A DNA stretch of 64,000 nt, from assembly GCA_964016885.1 (NCBI GenBank), contig OZ024764.1, positions 6,200,001 to 6,264,000 on the forward strand. The letters run 5' to 3'. Each line of letters begins with the position of its first letter. Position 1 is the stretch's first letter. Made by a program: the position numbers and the translations under genes. Source of the DNA: Eledone cirrhosa (taxonomy: Eukaryota). Shown here piece after piece: positions 28,031 to 42,100 of this stretch. The notes under the pieces were generated by a model. The model worked only from the letters and a program-made list of their open reading frames with translations. It had not been told where the DNA came from and ran no database searches.

Positions 28031-29475
28031 GGTTACAGTGGTTGACTAAACCGGCAACCCCACCAAGTTTACCTGGTGAGGAGGGTGATTTTGGACACCC
28101 TGCAGGACAAAAAACAAAACCTGACAAAGGGCGAAAGAACTCATAAGCATCAACGGCCATCCAAAAAATGTGTAAATATGTATATACACATGTATGCATG
28201 TATATATAAAGTAAAACCTACTACAGTCAGTAGGCATCTCTAACAAAATACACCCCCGTCCCACTACCCCCACCCCATCCACACCGCCCCTTTCAACGTA
28301 AAGTTATGTTGGTACTACAACATCCAGGCCGAAACAAATGAGATCGTGTAGGTGTCACGACAAAGAAACACACAGTCCACGCTGTAATGTGGCCGTGTAG
28401 GTAACACGGTAAAAACCTCCCAGTCCCACACTGTAAATGTGGTTGGTGTTAGGAAGGGCATCCAGCTGTAGAAAACCCGCCAGACAGTCCTATGCGAGCA
28501 AGACAACCACTCTTGCCTCAAGTGGGAACACTCCCGTCCAAACCCATGCAAGCGTGGAACATGGACGTTAAACGATGATGATGATGATGATGATGATGTA
28601 TATATGTATATACATGTGTGCATGTGTATATATGTATATACATGTATGCGTGTATATGTATTTGTGCGGGGACATAGAAATAGTCGGGCTGGACACCCGA
28701 TCGCGCAGTTAAACCACTGGGAGTGAAGGACCGCTAGCCTTTGTCAGGGCATTCTTCTGGGAGAAGGCAACTCAGGAAACTGGGATAACTCCGATATAAA
28801 ACCTGCGGCTCAGTAGTTACCGATGATGTTGATCTTTTCTTCTTTTCAGGTTATAGCTACTGTCTCTCAGAGAGTGGGATTGGCTCAGTGCACAGTAGCA
28901 GCCATCATGTCTATGTATGTGTATATGTATGTTTATATATATGTGTGTATCATCATCATCATCATCGTCGTTTAACGTCTATCTTCCACGCTTGCATGGG
29001 TTTGGACGGGAGTTTTCCCACTTGAGGCAAGATTTGTTGTCCGGCTCGTATAGGACTGTCTGGCGGGTTTTCTACGGCTGGATGCCCTTCCTAACACCAA
29101 CCACGTTTACAGTGTGGGGCTGGGAGGTTTTTCCGTGTTACCTACACGGCCACATTACAGCGTGGACTGTGTGTTTTTTTGTCGTGACACCTACACGACC
29201 TCATTTGTTTCGGCCTGGATGTTGTGGTACCAACATAACTTTACATTGAAAGGGGTGGTGTGGATGGGGTGGGGGTAGTGGGATGGGGGTGTATTTTTGT
29301 TAGAGGTACCTACTGACTGTAGTAGGTTTCACTTTGTACTTAGGTAAGGCGGGTCTTCTGTATTACTGTGTACCGCCAAAGATCTCGGTCCAGTGACATT
29401 GTCTTGGAGAGGTGTAAGTGTGTGAGGTTGGAATTTATCAAGTCATCCCAGGTTTTTATATATATATATATATAT

Positions 29476-29696
29476 GAAGGCGTGTGGCTGAGTGGTTAGA
29501 GAATTGGATTCACAATCGTAAGGTTGTGAGTTCGATTCCTGGACCAGGTTATGCGTTATGTCCTTGAGCAAGACACTTTATTTCACGTTGCTCCTTCTAC
29601 CTGGAGTTGCGACCGATAGATAGTATTAGCAATTGGAAAGACCAACGGAAACATTGTTCCCTCGGTCCGATTTGACGAAAGTCGATCGATTAGAGA
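29476..29696 (+). mobile_element. tRNA-derived SINE variant; source sequence of the 95-bp satellite
   Basis: A/B boxes (TGGCTGAGTGG, GAGTTCGATTCC) and CCTTGAGCAAGACACTT core. Partial copy at ~38775-38925. Confidence 0.8.
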
Positions 29697-29747
29697 TATA
29701 TATATAGAGAGAGAGACAAAGTTAACCTCGGCGGTATTTGAATTGAG

Positions 29748-29916
29748 TCGACGTAATCACCCCTTTCTTCCTCAGTCCACGTAATCACCCCTTCCTTCCT
29801 CAGTCGATGTAATCACCCCTTCCTTCCTCAGTCGATGTAATCACCCCTTCCTTCCTCAGTCGATGTAATGCCCCCTTCCTTCCTCAGTCGACATCATCAC
29901 CCCTTCCTTCCTCAGT
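29748..29916. repeat. 28-bp minisatellite (~6 units)
   Basis: gtcgatgtaatcaccccttccttcctca at 29803, 29831 and onward. Confidence 0.9.
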
Positions 29917-29970
29917 CATCGCTAGTGTGCGACGGACTAATACACCAGGCTATTATATCAGTAGATATTA

Positions 29971-30150
29971 CCGTATATGGCAGCATACAAGTTGACATTG
30001 GGAGCCTAAAAATATCTTTCCAAAACCAGGGGTCGACTTGTCCACTGAATATAAAATGTGGAAGTATGCCTGCTGCTTCATCTGAACTACACCTCACAAT
30101 TTTAGGAGTCGACCTATGCGCCAGATCGACTTGTATTCCTGCATATATGA
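29971..30150. mobile_element. Small TA-flanked MITE
   Basis: Imperfect TIRs CCGTATATGGCAGCATACAAGTTGAC / TCGACTTGTATTCCTGCATATATGA. Confidence 0.55.
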
Positions 30151-30306
30151 TATTTAAAAAAACAACTTTTCCCAGCTATTTTCTTATGGAAAATTTCTTT
30201 CCATACTAGAGTTACCTCCCCTATATTCATTCTATTCTTTGATGTTGTTTCTCACTTTCTCTCAAACTTCCCCACGAAACCTTTTGCTAAATTTTGTTTA
30301 GCCATT

Positions 30307-31311
30307 TAACCCTTTAGCATTTACATTACTCTATATATACTATTGTATTTTCACAGTAAAGACTTTACCTCACATAATATCTCACATAACATTTACATTA
30401 CTCTATATATACTATTGTATTTTCACAGTAAAGGCTTTACCTCACACAATATCTCACAACATTTACATTACTCTATATATACTATTGTATTGTCACAGTA
30501 AAGGCTTTACCTCACATAATATCTCACATAACATTTACATTACTCTATATATACTATTGTATTTTCACAGTAAAGGCTTTACCTCACATAATATCTCACA
30601 TAACATTTACATTACTCTATATATACTATTGTATTGTCACAGTAAAGGCTTTACCTCACATAATATCTCACATAACATTTACATTACTCTATATATACTA
30701 TTGTATTGTCACAGTAAAGGCTTTACCTCACATAATATCTCACATAACATTTACATTACTCTATATATACTATTGTATTGTCACAGTAAAGGCTTTACCT
30801 CACATAATATCTCACATAACATTTACATTACTCTATATATACTATTGTATTGTCACAGTAAAGGCTTTACCTCACATTATATCTCACATAACATTTACAT
30901 TACTCTATATATACTATTGTATTGTCACAGTAAAGGCTTTACCTCACATAATATCTCACATAACATTTACATTACTCTATATATACTATTGTATTGTCAC
31001 AGTAAAGTCTTTACCCCACATAATATCTCACATAACATTTACATTACTCTATATATACTATTGTATTGTCACAGTAAAAGCTTTACCTCACATAATATCT
31101 CACATAACATTTACATTACTCTATATATACTATTATATTTTCATGGTAAAGGTTTTATCTCACATAATATCGAATCTATGATATGTTGATATTATTTATT
31201 TTGAGAACAATACCTTAACATGAGTATGAGCAGCCAGTTACGTCCGGTTTGAAGAGAAAGAGGTGAGAGAACTCTGATCAGATACGGCTGGTTTAAATGC
31301 AAAAGGGTTAA
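30307..31311 (+). mobile_element. piggyBac-type MITE with internal 60-bp tandem array
   Basis: TTAA-CCCTTTAGCATTTA ... TAAATGCAAAAGGG-TTAA with ~14 units of 60 bp inside. Unexpanded copy at 16748-17080 and a fragment at ~16040-16200. Confidence 0.85.
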
Positions 31312-31650
31312 CTGTGTTCAGCAAATCTTCAAAACCATCACCCCATTACGTTACTGGTACTTGTTAATTCATTGGCTGTGTAAAAAATGTAAGACAAGGT
31401 TACCCTCTGCAGGACTTATATCCAGTTCATAGAGAACCAGAAAGCACTCACAAGCATTAAACTATTTTGTTACCAAAACCAGCTGTATCCACTCCTCATT
31501 CCACAATACACAATTGTTCAGTTTAAAGTGTTTATATTTACACAAAACCTCTGCCTTTGTGATTTCATGTACAAACCCTTGTTGAGTTATGTTCTGAGAA
31601 GGTAACAAGTGGGCTAAACGACTGCTACATAAGGATGCTACAAATGGCTC

Positions 31651-33011
31651 TTAACCCTTTAGCATTTACATTACTCTATATATACTATTGTATTTTCACA
31701 GTAAAGGCTTCACCTCACATAATATCTCACATAACATTTACATTACTCTATATATACTATTGTATTTTCATGGTAAAGGCTTTACCTCACATAATATCTC
31801 ACATAACATTTACATTACTCTATATATACTATTGTATTTTCATGGTAAAGGCTTTACCTCACATAATATCTCACATAACATTTACATTACTCTATATATA
31901 CTATTGTATTTTCACAGTAAAGTCTTTATCTCACATAATATCTCACATAACATTTACATTACTCTATATATACTATTGTATTTTCACAGTAAAGTCTTTA
32001 TCTCACATAATATCTCACATAACATTTACATTACTCTATATATACTATTGTATTGTCACAGTAAAGGCTTTACCTCACATAATATCTCACATAACATTTA
32101 CATTACTCTATATATACTATTGTATTTTCACAGTAAAGTCTTTATCTCACATAATATCTCACATAACATTTACATTACTCTATATATACTATTGTATTTT
32201 CATGGTAAAGGCTTTACCTCACATAATATCTCACATAACATTTACATTACTCTATATATACTATTGTATTTTCACAGTAAAGTCTTTATCTCACATAATA
32301 TCTCACATAACATTTACATTACTCTATATATACTATTGTATTTTCACAGTAAAGTCTTTATCTCACATAATATCTCACATAACATTTACATTACTCTATA
32401 TATACTATTGTATTGTCACAGTAAAGGCTTTACCTCACATAATATCTCACATAACATTTACATTACTCTATATATACTATTGTATTTTCACAGTAAAGTC
32501 TTTATCTCACATAATATCTCACATAACATTTACATTACTCTATATATACTATTGTATTTTCACAGTAAAGGCTTTACCTCACATAATATCGAATCTATGA
32601 GATTTTGATATTATCTATTTTCAGAACAATACCTTAACATCAGTATGAGTGGACAGTTACTGCTGGTTTGAACAGAAAAAGGTGAGAGAATTCTGGCTGG
32701 ATTGGGGCCGGTTTAAATGCAAAAGGGTTAATCCTTTAGCATTTAAACCGGTCATATCTGGACAGAATTCTCTCACCTCTTTCTGTTGTAACTGGTCATA
32801 ACTGGCCACTCATACTGATGTTAAGGTATTGTTCTCAAAATCTCATAGATTCAATATTATGTGAGATATTATGTGAGGTAAAGCCTTTACCATGAAAATA
32901 CAATAGTATATATAGAGTAATGTAAATGTTATGAGAGATATTATGTGAGGTGAAGCCTTTACTGTGAAAATACAATAGTATATATAGAGTAATGTAAATG
33001 CTAAAGGGTTA
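31651..33011. mobile_element. Two piggyBac-type MITEs in inverted orientation sharing a TTAA (~32728-32731)
   Basis: First copy (+) has ~15 x 60-bp units, second copy (-) has ~2 units. Same TIRs. Confidence 0.85.
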
Positions 33012-33136
33012 AGAGCCATTTGTAGCAGTCGTTTAGCCCACTTGTTACCTTCTCAGTCAGTCTCCATGTTTCACTGCCATACAAAAGTATGGATTTAAGA
33101 GTTGCAAGGAACAGTTTGATTTTGATCCTTCTAGGC

Positions 33137-33296
33137 CAGGGTTTCACAAACCTTTTCAAATGCGGAACCCTTTTTGGTTCAAAAACTTTTTGGGGAACCC
33201 CAATACTGTTATATAGTTGTAATATAAATATACTTCTCTACCTTTTTTTATGGAACCCCGGACATTCCTTTGTGGAACCCAGTTTGGGAACCACAG
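33137..33296. mobile_element. hAT (Charlie-like) MITE
   Basis: TIRs CAGGGTTTCACAAAC / GTTTGGGAACCACAG and 8-bp TSD TTCTAGGC on both sides. Confidence 0.8.
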
Positions 33297-33444
33297 TTCT
33301 AGGCAATTTGAAAGTCAGATTTCCTTTAGTTTGTGACAAGCTGACCATGCTTGCAACCTCCTCACCTTGATATCTGCTTCAGGACTGTTCACCCATCTAC
33401 CTAAGCACTTACAGTCTTTAACAAAGTTCAATTTGGAACTGCTC

Positions 33445-33850
33445 AGTGATTTGGTGGAGATTGAGCTGTTATTTCTAGCATTCCAGTGAACTGTATTGTG
33501 GTGTTGTGGTTTGATTTGGTGGAGATTTAGCTGCTATTTCTAGCATTCCAGTGAACCACATTGTGGTGTTGAGGTGGGATTTGTTGGAGATTTAACTGCT
33601 ATTTCTAGCAATCCAGTGGACTGTATTGTGGTGTTGTGGTTTGATTTGGTGGAGATTTAGCTGGTATTTCTAACATTCCAGTGAACCACATTGTGGTGTC
33701 AATGTGTGATTTGGCTGCTATTTCTAGCATTTGAGTGACCACGTTGTGGTGTTGAGGTGGGATTTGGCTGCTATTTCTAGCATTCCAGTATCCCTGTTGA
33801 GGTGGGATTTGGCTGCTACTTCTAGCATTTGAGTAACCACGTTGTGGCTC
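33445..33850. repeat. Degenerate ~50-65-bp tandem repeat (~7 units)
   Basis: gattt(a/g)gctgctatttctagcatt core repeated. Confidence 0.8.
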
Positions 33851-34268
33851 TAAACATATCAAAGCTGCCTGTAATGGAATGATTAACCTGTGTGTGTGTA
33901 TGTTTGGCTGTCTGTGTGTGTGTGTGTGTGTATGTGTTTGGTTGTCTCTGTGTGTATGTTTGTGTGTGTGTATATGCGTTTAGGTATCTATGTATGTATG
34001 TATATGTTTAGATGTCTGTGTGCGTTTGTATGTCTGTGTGTTTGGATGTCTGTGTGTGGTTGTATGTCAATCTGTGTATGTGTTTGTTTGTATGTGAAAG
34101 TATGTGTGTGTCTGTGTTTGTTTGCATGTGTACGTGTGCGTTTGGATTTGTGTGTGTGTGTGTGTTTGGTTGTTTGTTTGGTTGTTTGTCTGTGTGTGTA
34201 TGTTTGTTTGGTTGTATATGTGTGCGTGTGTGTTTGTGTAAGAGTATGAGTGTCTCTGTGTGTGTATG

Positions 34269-34568
34269 CAGTCGTCCTCCGGTATTCGCGGGGGTTACGC
34301 TGCTGGAGCACCCGCGAATATTGGACGTGGTCCATAAAAATGCTTATAAACGTCAAAATATAACGTAAAATATAGGCCGTCAATTACAGTATATTGGTAT
34401 TAATAATTTAGTGTCAAAAAGTGTGAAAAAATATATATTGCCACGAAAAAGAGCTATAAGAAAATCGCAGAAGATATGTACGATTCCGCGAATATGCGGT
34501 GGTTTCCGCGAACAACTATCAGTTAGGTTCCGCGAATAAATGGGACCGCGAATGTCGGGGGAACACTG
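34269..34568. mobile_element. Tc1/mariner (pogo/Tigger-like) MITE
   Basis: CAGTCGTCCTCCGGTATTCGCGG / CCGCGAATGTCGGGGGAACACTG-TA. A similar terminus ends at 19295. Confidence 0.7.
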
Positions 34569-35229
34569 TATATATGTTAATGGTTGAGGGAGGGGATAAA
34601 AGAAAGGTTTGACAATCGGTTTCGGGAGAGATAGGAGATAGGTAGGACTGGGAGAGTCCATTGTAATATTGTTGTGAGGGAGGTATGTATTGGGGGCGGG
34701 GGGCGGGCGGAAGTTGGGAACAACACTTTCTCCCTTCCTCCCTCCCCGCTCTCTCTCTCTCCTTCTTCCTATATCCGTTACCCCCCCCCCCCCCGACTCA
34801 CTCCACCTCACCGCCGAGTGATGGATCCACCAATACCACCACCGCCACCATCATCATCACCTTCACTACCTACGTCGCCAACACCACCACCATCATCATC
34901 ACCATCATTACTGTCACCGGCACCGCCAACATCAACACCATCGTCACCACCACCACCACCGTCAACAACAACACCATCGCTAAACTAACATCACCAACAC
35001 CACCACCACCATTACCCCCCCCCCCCCCCCACCAACCTCACCACCACCATCGCTCCTATCAACACCAACCTCACCATCACCATCACCACAACTACCACCA
35101 CCACCATCACCACCACCACCACCACCATCACCATCACCACCACCACCACCACCACCATCATATACATATATATATAGCGTAGTGTGCTCAACGGTCAAAC
35201 CGCCAGTGGACGCATCTTAGCTACCATAA

Positions 35230-35287
<58 letters not shown>

Positions 35288-35540
35288 GGGATTGTAATAT
35301 CCAGTTACTGTAGGCTCACCAGAGTGTAATGATTATAGAGTCGGGCTAGATCGATGTAGATAGAACCTTGAGCTGATCAATAGCGAAACGCGCGTCACTA
35401 CTGAACAGACGCAATGAAGAGGTTAACTTTGCCTTTCATCCTTACGGGGTCGATAAAATAAAGTACTAGTAATGTACTGGGTAATTGCTGGCCTTGTGCC
35501 TAAAATAGAAACAATTATATATAAATAGAAATATAATATA

Positions 35541-35573
<33 letters not shown>

Positions 35574-35661
35574 TACATATGTATATATATGTGTGAGAGA
35601 GAGAGACGGTTTTAAATGTACATCTATTGTATGATCAACAAACTTTTCTTCACTTGAATAA

Positions 35662-35701
<40 letters not shown>

Positions 35702-35704
<3 letters not shown>

Positions 35705-35822
35705 GTAAAATTCAAGTATAACGAAAGGCTTTTCAATCCCCGGCCATACGCTCGATGTGTTAGATCGATCTCGTTATAAAGAACCTTTATTTATACCCCG
35801 TGAATTTTGTTATAACGGAATT

Positions 35823-35828
<6 letters not shown>
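35702..35828. mobile_element. Small pogo-like MITE in (TA)n
   Basis: CAGGTAAAATTCAAGTATAACGAA / TTTGTTATAACGGAATTTCACTA. Confidence 0.55.
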
Positions 35829-35904
<76 letters not shown>

Positions 35905-36122
35905 TGTATGTGTGTGTGCACACATATATAGGTACATGATGCATGTTTGTTTAGCGCAGTAAATTAGAGTTGCGTCCCTTCGTCTGAGAATCAAAACCGG
36001 TGTTCAATCAATATGTCATCGATATTAAATAAGTACCACTATATGTGTACACACATGTATATATGTTCACACATACTCACACATATATATATGTACGTAC
36101 GCACACAGATACACACACACAA

Positions 36123-36153
<31 letters not shown>

Positions 36154-36571
36154 AATATATATATATAAATAATGTGTGTACATATATGCACACACACACA
36201 CACACACACACAGATACACACACACATATATATATATATATTGAAGATGGACGTTAAACGATGCTGATGAGGAGGATGATATATATATATATGTGTGTGT
36301 ACACACATATTTGCATATATGTACAAACATACAAAGACATGTATGTATGTAGACACATACATGGGCGTATATATATGGATGTACACACACATATATGTGT
36401 GTGTTTGACCGCCATAATTGCTTATCAACGTGTATATATATATATATATATATATAGCGAGGGAAAAGTGGTAAGGAACCAGGTGGACCATAACGCACCA
36501 AAGTACTCAATACTTAGGGTAGTAGAGTGGGTAATAGGAGTAAGTAACACCCCGGGTGTCTTACTTACTCC

Positions 36572-36660
<89 letters not shown>

Positions 36661-36703
36661 TCAGAATATTAATAAATGAAGACATTCACATAATCAAAAT
36701 ATG

Positions 36704-36766
36704 TTTTATTATATATATTTCGAAGGTAGTGTGCTGTTTTTTTAAGTACGTCCTCGTCAGATAAAA
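36704..36766 (-). ncRNA. Type-I hammerhead ribozyme
   Basis: UUUUAU CUGACGA GGA C GUA...UAC C UUC GAAAU AUAU AUA AUAAAA. Confidence 0.65.
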
Positions 36767-38044
36767 TACATGAATTGATGTATGACATACCTCAACAGTC
36801 TTGATGGTTCAATTCCAGTATTGGCAGTAAAGTATATTCATTGAGCAATCAATGAACCATATTAATCTTTGGTCATATATATACATATATATTTATTTAA
36901 AAGCCGACCTTACCCAACTACACCTCTCAAAGTCAATGACACACGAGCGTGACTTCTGGCGTCACGCAGTAATACAGGGTACCCGACCTCCCATGGGTAC
37001 ATGCTGAAGCATATAAACAATATGCCCCCCCCCCCCCCACCGCAAGGTGGTCGTGGAGGTGCCACGGCAAAAAAGCACCCAGCCCACACTGTAAAGTGGA
37101 CGTGTAGGCGCCACGAAAAAGCACCCAGCACTCACTGTAAATGAGGTTGGTGTTAGGAAGGGCATCCAGCTGTAGAAATCAAGCCAGATCAGTTCCTGTA
37201 TGAGCAAGGCATGGTCAGCCGACCAGACACTGCCCACAACAGGACAACCCGTCTAACCCATGCTAGCGTGGAAGAACGGACGTAAAACGGTGATGATGAT
37301 GATGATGATGAAATAACAACACAATCGGTACAGTATTATCATCATCATCTCAGTTTAACATCCATCTTCCATGCTAGCATGGGTTAGACGGGAGTTGTCC
37401 CACTTGAGGCAAGGTTGGTCAGGTGACCGTGTCTCGCTCATACAAGACTATCTGGCAGGTTTTCTACGACTGGATACCCTTCCTAACACCAACCACGTTC
37501 ACAGTGTGGACTGGGAACTTTTTACCGTGTTACCTACACGGCCACATTACAGTGTGGACTGTGTGTTTTTTTTTGTCGTGACACCTACATGACCACTTTA
37601 CAGTGTGGACTGGGAACTTTTTACCATGTTACCAACACGGCCACATTACAGCGTGGACTGTGTGTTTTTTTTTGTTGTGACACCTACATGACCACTTTAC
37701 AGTGTGGACTGGGAACTTTTTACCATGTTACCAACACGGCCACATTACAGCGTGGACTGTGTGTTTTTTTTTGTTGTGACACCTACATGACCACTTTACA
37801 GTGTGGGCTGGGAACCTTTTACCGTGTTACCTACACGGCCACATTACAGCGTGGACTGTGTGTTTTTTTGTTGTGACACCTACACCATCTCGATCTCAAT
37901 CTCATTTATTTGGACTGGATGTTGTGGTACCAACTTTATAGAGAGAGGGTGGTGTTGGTGGGAGTGGGAGGATAAAGTAGGGGTAGTGGATTGGGGTGTA
38001 TATTTGGTTAAGAGGTGCCTACTGACTGTAGGTTTCGCTTTGTA

Positions 38045-38265
38045 CATCTTTGTACATCTGGGCAATAGAAGGAGTTAGCATCCTGTGGGCACTTGCTACT
38101 TATTGCACCTGAGCATCGGCCACATATAAAATTTACGTTCTTAGATAACTTACCTGTGATCCCACTACATCTTTTATGTACCCATAGGTTGCATTTGGGA
38201 CATAAAATGTAATTTCTACCTACTCCTTTCTTACACACTGAGCATGGCCATTTCCCTGTATATCG
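38045..38265 (-). mobile_element. RTE LINE fragment with Cys-rich PHD-like finger
   Basis: WPCSVCKKGVGRNYILCPKCNLWVHKRCSGITGKL...FICGRC. Confidence 0.75.
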
Positions 38266-39159
38266 AAGGAATATATATAAAAGTTGGTACCACAATATCC
38301 AATCCAAATAAATGAGATCGAGATCGTGTAGGTGTCACAACAAAAAAACACACAGTCCACGCTGTAATGTGGCTGTGTAGGTAACACGGTAAAAAGTTCC
38401 CAGTCCACACTTTAAAGTGGTCATGGAGGTGTCACAACAAAAAAACACACAGTCCACGCTGTAATGTGGCCGTGTAGGTAACACGGTAAAAAGTTCCCAG
38501 TTCCACACTGTAAATGTGGTTGGTGTTAGGGAAGGGCATCTGGCTGTAGAAAAGCTGCCGGACAGTCCTATATGAGCGAGATGCGGTCATCCGTCTAACC
38601 CATGCTGGCGTGGAAGATGGACGTTAAGTGGATGATATATATGTCTGTGTGCGTATGTGTGTGTGAAGATCCCATAACTCCTCGTCGTATAGGCACCCTC
38701 AAACGGTAAGTCTAGGGCACTTTTAAACCTGGTGGAGCCCAACTTTCTCCAGGCCTGAACACAGCCGATTTTTGGAGAATTGGACGCTCAATTGTGAGGT
38801 GAGTTCAATTCCCGGACCAGGTGATGCGTTATGTCCTTCAGCAAGACACTTTATTTCACATTGCTCTTTCTACCTTGAGTTGCGACTGATAGATATTATT
38901 ATTATTAGCAATTGGAAAGACCCATGGATGAGCTCCGCCCTACTTGTTAAGTGACTGAGGTCTGGGATCTTGTTGATCAACTATCAATATATATATATAT
39001 GTTTCTTTTTTCATATAGCAATGATTTCTACAGGAATAGGTCAGATAATTATTTTGTCATCCTAATCATCCTTATTCTTTTTCTTTTCCTCCCCCTCCTC
39101 TTCCCCCTCCTCCTAATACTACTACCCCCCCCCCCCCCCCATCAACATCAACTGAAAGT

Positions 39160-42100
39160 ATTATCAATGGAAAGACCAATGGAAACATTGTTTCCTTGGT
39201 CTCATCTGAGGTTAATTATTTTTTATCCTGCCAGGTGTTGTGACTGACAGATGGTATCAGTAATGGAAAGACCAATGGAGACATTGTTTCCTTGGTCTGA
39301 TCTGATGATCAGCTCCTTTCTTCTGCCAGGAGTTGTGACAGACAGATAGTATCAGTAATGGAAAGACCAATGGAAACATTGTTTCCTTGGTCTGATCTGA
39401 TGATCAGCTCCTTTCTTCTGCCAGGAGTTGTGACTGACAGATAGTATCAGTAATGGAAAGACCAATGGAGACATTGTTTCCTTGGTCTGATCTGATGATC
39501 AGCTCCTTTCTTCTGCCAGGAGTTGTGACAGACAGATAGTATCAGTAATGGAAAGACCAATGGAAACATTGTTTCCTTGGTCTGATCTGATGATCAGCTC
39601 CTTTCTTCTGTCAGGAGTTGTGACTGACAGATAGTATCAGTAATGGAAAGACCAATGGAAACATTGTTTCCTTGGTCTGATCTGATGATCAGCTCCTTTC
39701 TTCTGCCAGGAGTTGTGACAGACAGATAGTATCAGTAATGGAAAGACCAATGGAAACATTGTTTCCTTGGTCTGATCTGATGATCAGCTCCTTTCTTCTG
39801 CCAGGAGTTGTGACAGACAGATAGTATCAGTAATGGAAAGGCCAATGGAGACATTGTTTCCTTGGTCTGATCTGATGATCAACTCCTTTCTTCTGTCAGG
39901 AGTTGTGACTGACAGATAGTATCAGTAATGGAAAGACCAATGGAGACATTGTTTCCTTGGTCTGATCTGATGATCAGCTCCTTTCTTCTGTCAGGAGTTG
40001 TGACTGACAGATAGTATCAGTAATGGAAAGACCAATGGAAACATTGTTTCCTTGGTCTGATCTGATGATCAGCTCCTTTCTTCTGCCAGGAGTTGTGACT
40101 GACAGATAGTATCAGTAATGGAAAGACCAATGGAGACATTGTTTCCTTGGTCTGATCTGATGATCAGCTCCTTTCTTCTGCCAGGAGTTGTGACTGACAG
40201 ATAGTATCAGTAATGGAAAGACCAATGGAAACATTGTTTCCTTGGTCTGATCTGATGATCAGCTCCTTTCTTCTGTCAGGAGTTGTGACTGACAGATAGT
40301 ATCAGTAATGGAAAGACCAAAGGAAACATTGTTTCCTTGGTCTGATCTGATGATCAGCTCCTTTCTTCTGTCAGGAGTTGTGACTGACAGATAGTATCAG
40401 TAATGGAAAGACCAAAGGAAACATTGTTTCCTTGGTCTGATCTGATGATCAGCTCCTTTCTTCTGTCAGGAGTTGTGACTGACAGATAGTATCAGTAATG
40501 GAAAGACCAATGGAGATATTGTTTCCTTGGTCTGGTCTGATGATCAGCTCCTTTCTTCTGTCAGGAGTTGTGACTGACAGATAGTATCAGTAATGGAAAG
40601 ACCAATGGAAACATTGCTTCCTTGGTCTGATCTGATGATCAGCTCCTTTCTTCTGTCAGGTGTTGTGACTGACAGATGGTATCAGTAATGGAAAGACCAA
40701 TGGAAACATTGTTTCCTTGGTCTGATCTGATGATCAGCTCCTTTCTTCTGCCAGGAGTTGTGACTGACAGATAGTATCAGTAATGGAAAGACCAATGGAG
40801 ATATTGTTTCCTTGGTCTGATCTGATGATCAGCTCCTTTCTTCTGCCAGGAGTTGTGACAGACAGATAGTATCAGTAATGGAAAGACCAATGGAGATATT
40901 GTTTCCTTGGTCTGATCTGATGATCAGCTCCTTTCTTCTGCCAGGAGTTGTGACAGACAGATAGTATCAGTAATGGAAAGACCAATGGAGATATTGTTTC
41001 CTTGGTCTGATCTGATGATCAGGTCCTTTCTTCTGCCAGGAGTTGTGACTGACAGATAGTATCAGTAATGGAAAGACCAATGGAGACATTGTTTCCTTGG
41101 TCTGATCTGATGATCAGCTCCTTTCTTCTGCCAGGAGTTGTGACTGACAGATGGTATCAGTAATGGAAAGACCAATGGAGACATTGTTTCCTTGGTTTGA
41201 TCTGATGATCAGCTCCTTTCTTCTGCCAGGAGTTGTGACTGACAGATAGTATCAGTAATGGAAAGACCAATGGAGACATTGTTTCCTTGGTCTGATCTGA
41301 TGATCAACTCCTTTCTTCTGTCAGGAGTTGTGACTGACAGATAGTATCAGTAATGGAAAGACCAATGGAGACATTGTTTCCTTGGTCTGATCTGATGATC
41401 AGCTCCTTTCTTCTGCCAGGAGTTGTGACTGACAGATGGTATCAGTAATGGAAAGACCAATGGAGACATTGTTTCCTTGGTTTGATCTGATGATCAGCTC
41501 CTTTCTTCTGCCAGGAGTTGTGACTGACAGATAGTATCAGTAATGGAAAGACCAATGGAGACATTGTTTCCTTGGTCTGATCTGATGATCAGCTCCTTTC
41601 TTCTGCCAGGAGTTGTGACTGACAGATAGTATCAGTAATGGAAAGACCAATGGAGACATTGTTTCCTTGGTCTGATCTGATGATCAGCTCCTTTCTTCTG
41701 TCAGGAGTTGTGACTGAGAGATAGTATCAGTAATGGAAAGACCAATGGAGACATTGTTTCCTTGGTCTGATCTGATGATCAGCTCCTTTCTTCTGCCAGG
41801 AGTTGTGACTGACAGATAGTATCAGTAATGGAAAGACCAATGGAGACATTGTTTCCTTGGTCTGATCTGATGATCAGCTCCTTTCTTCTGCCAGGTGTTG
41901 TGACTGACAGATAGTATCAGTAATGGAAAGACCAATGGAAACATTGTTTCCTTGGTCTGATCTGATGATCAGCTCCTTTCTTCTGCCAGGTGTTGTGACT
42001 GACAGATAGTATCAGTAATGGAAAGACCAATGGAAACATTGTTTCCTTGGTCTGATCTGATGATCAGCTCCTTTCTTCTGCCAGGAGTTGTGACTGACAG

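Noticed and set aside
35320-35400. GAAAC GCGC GUC hammerhead half (also ~7120-7192) and decayed motifs at 20044-20080, 48070-48105 and 49845-49880
   Set aside because: Catalytic core or stem I is mutated. Treated as dead relics, not called as ribozymes.
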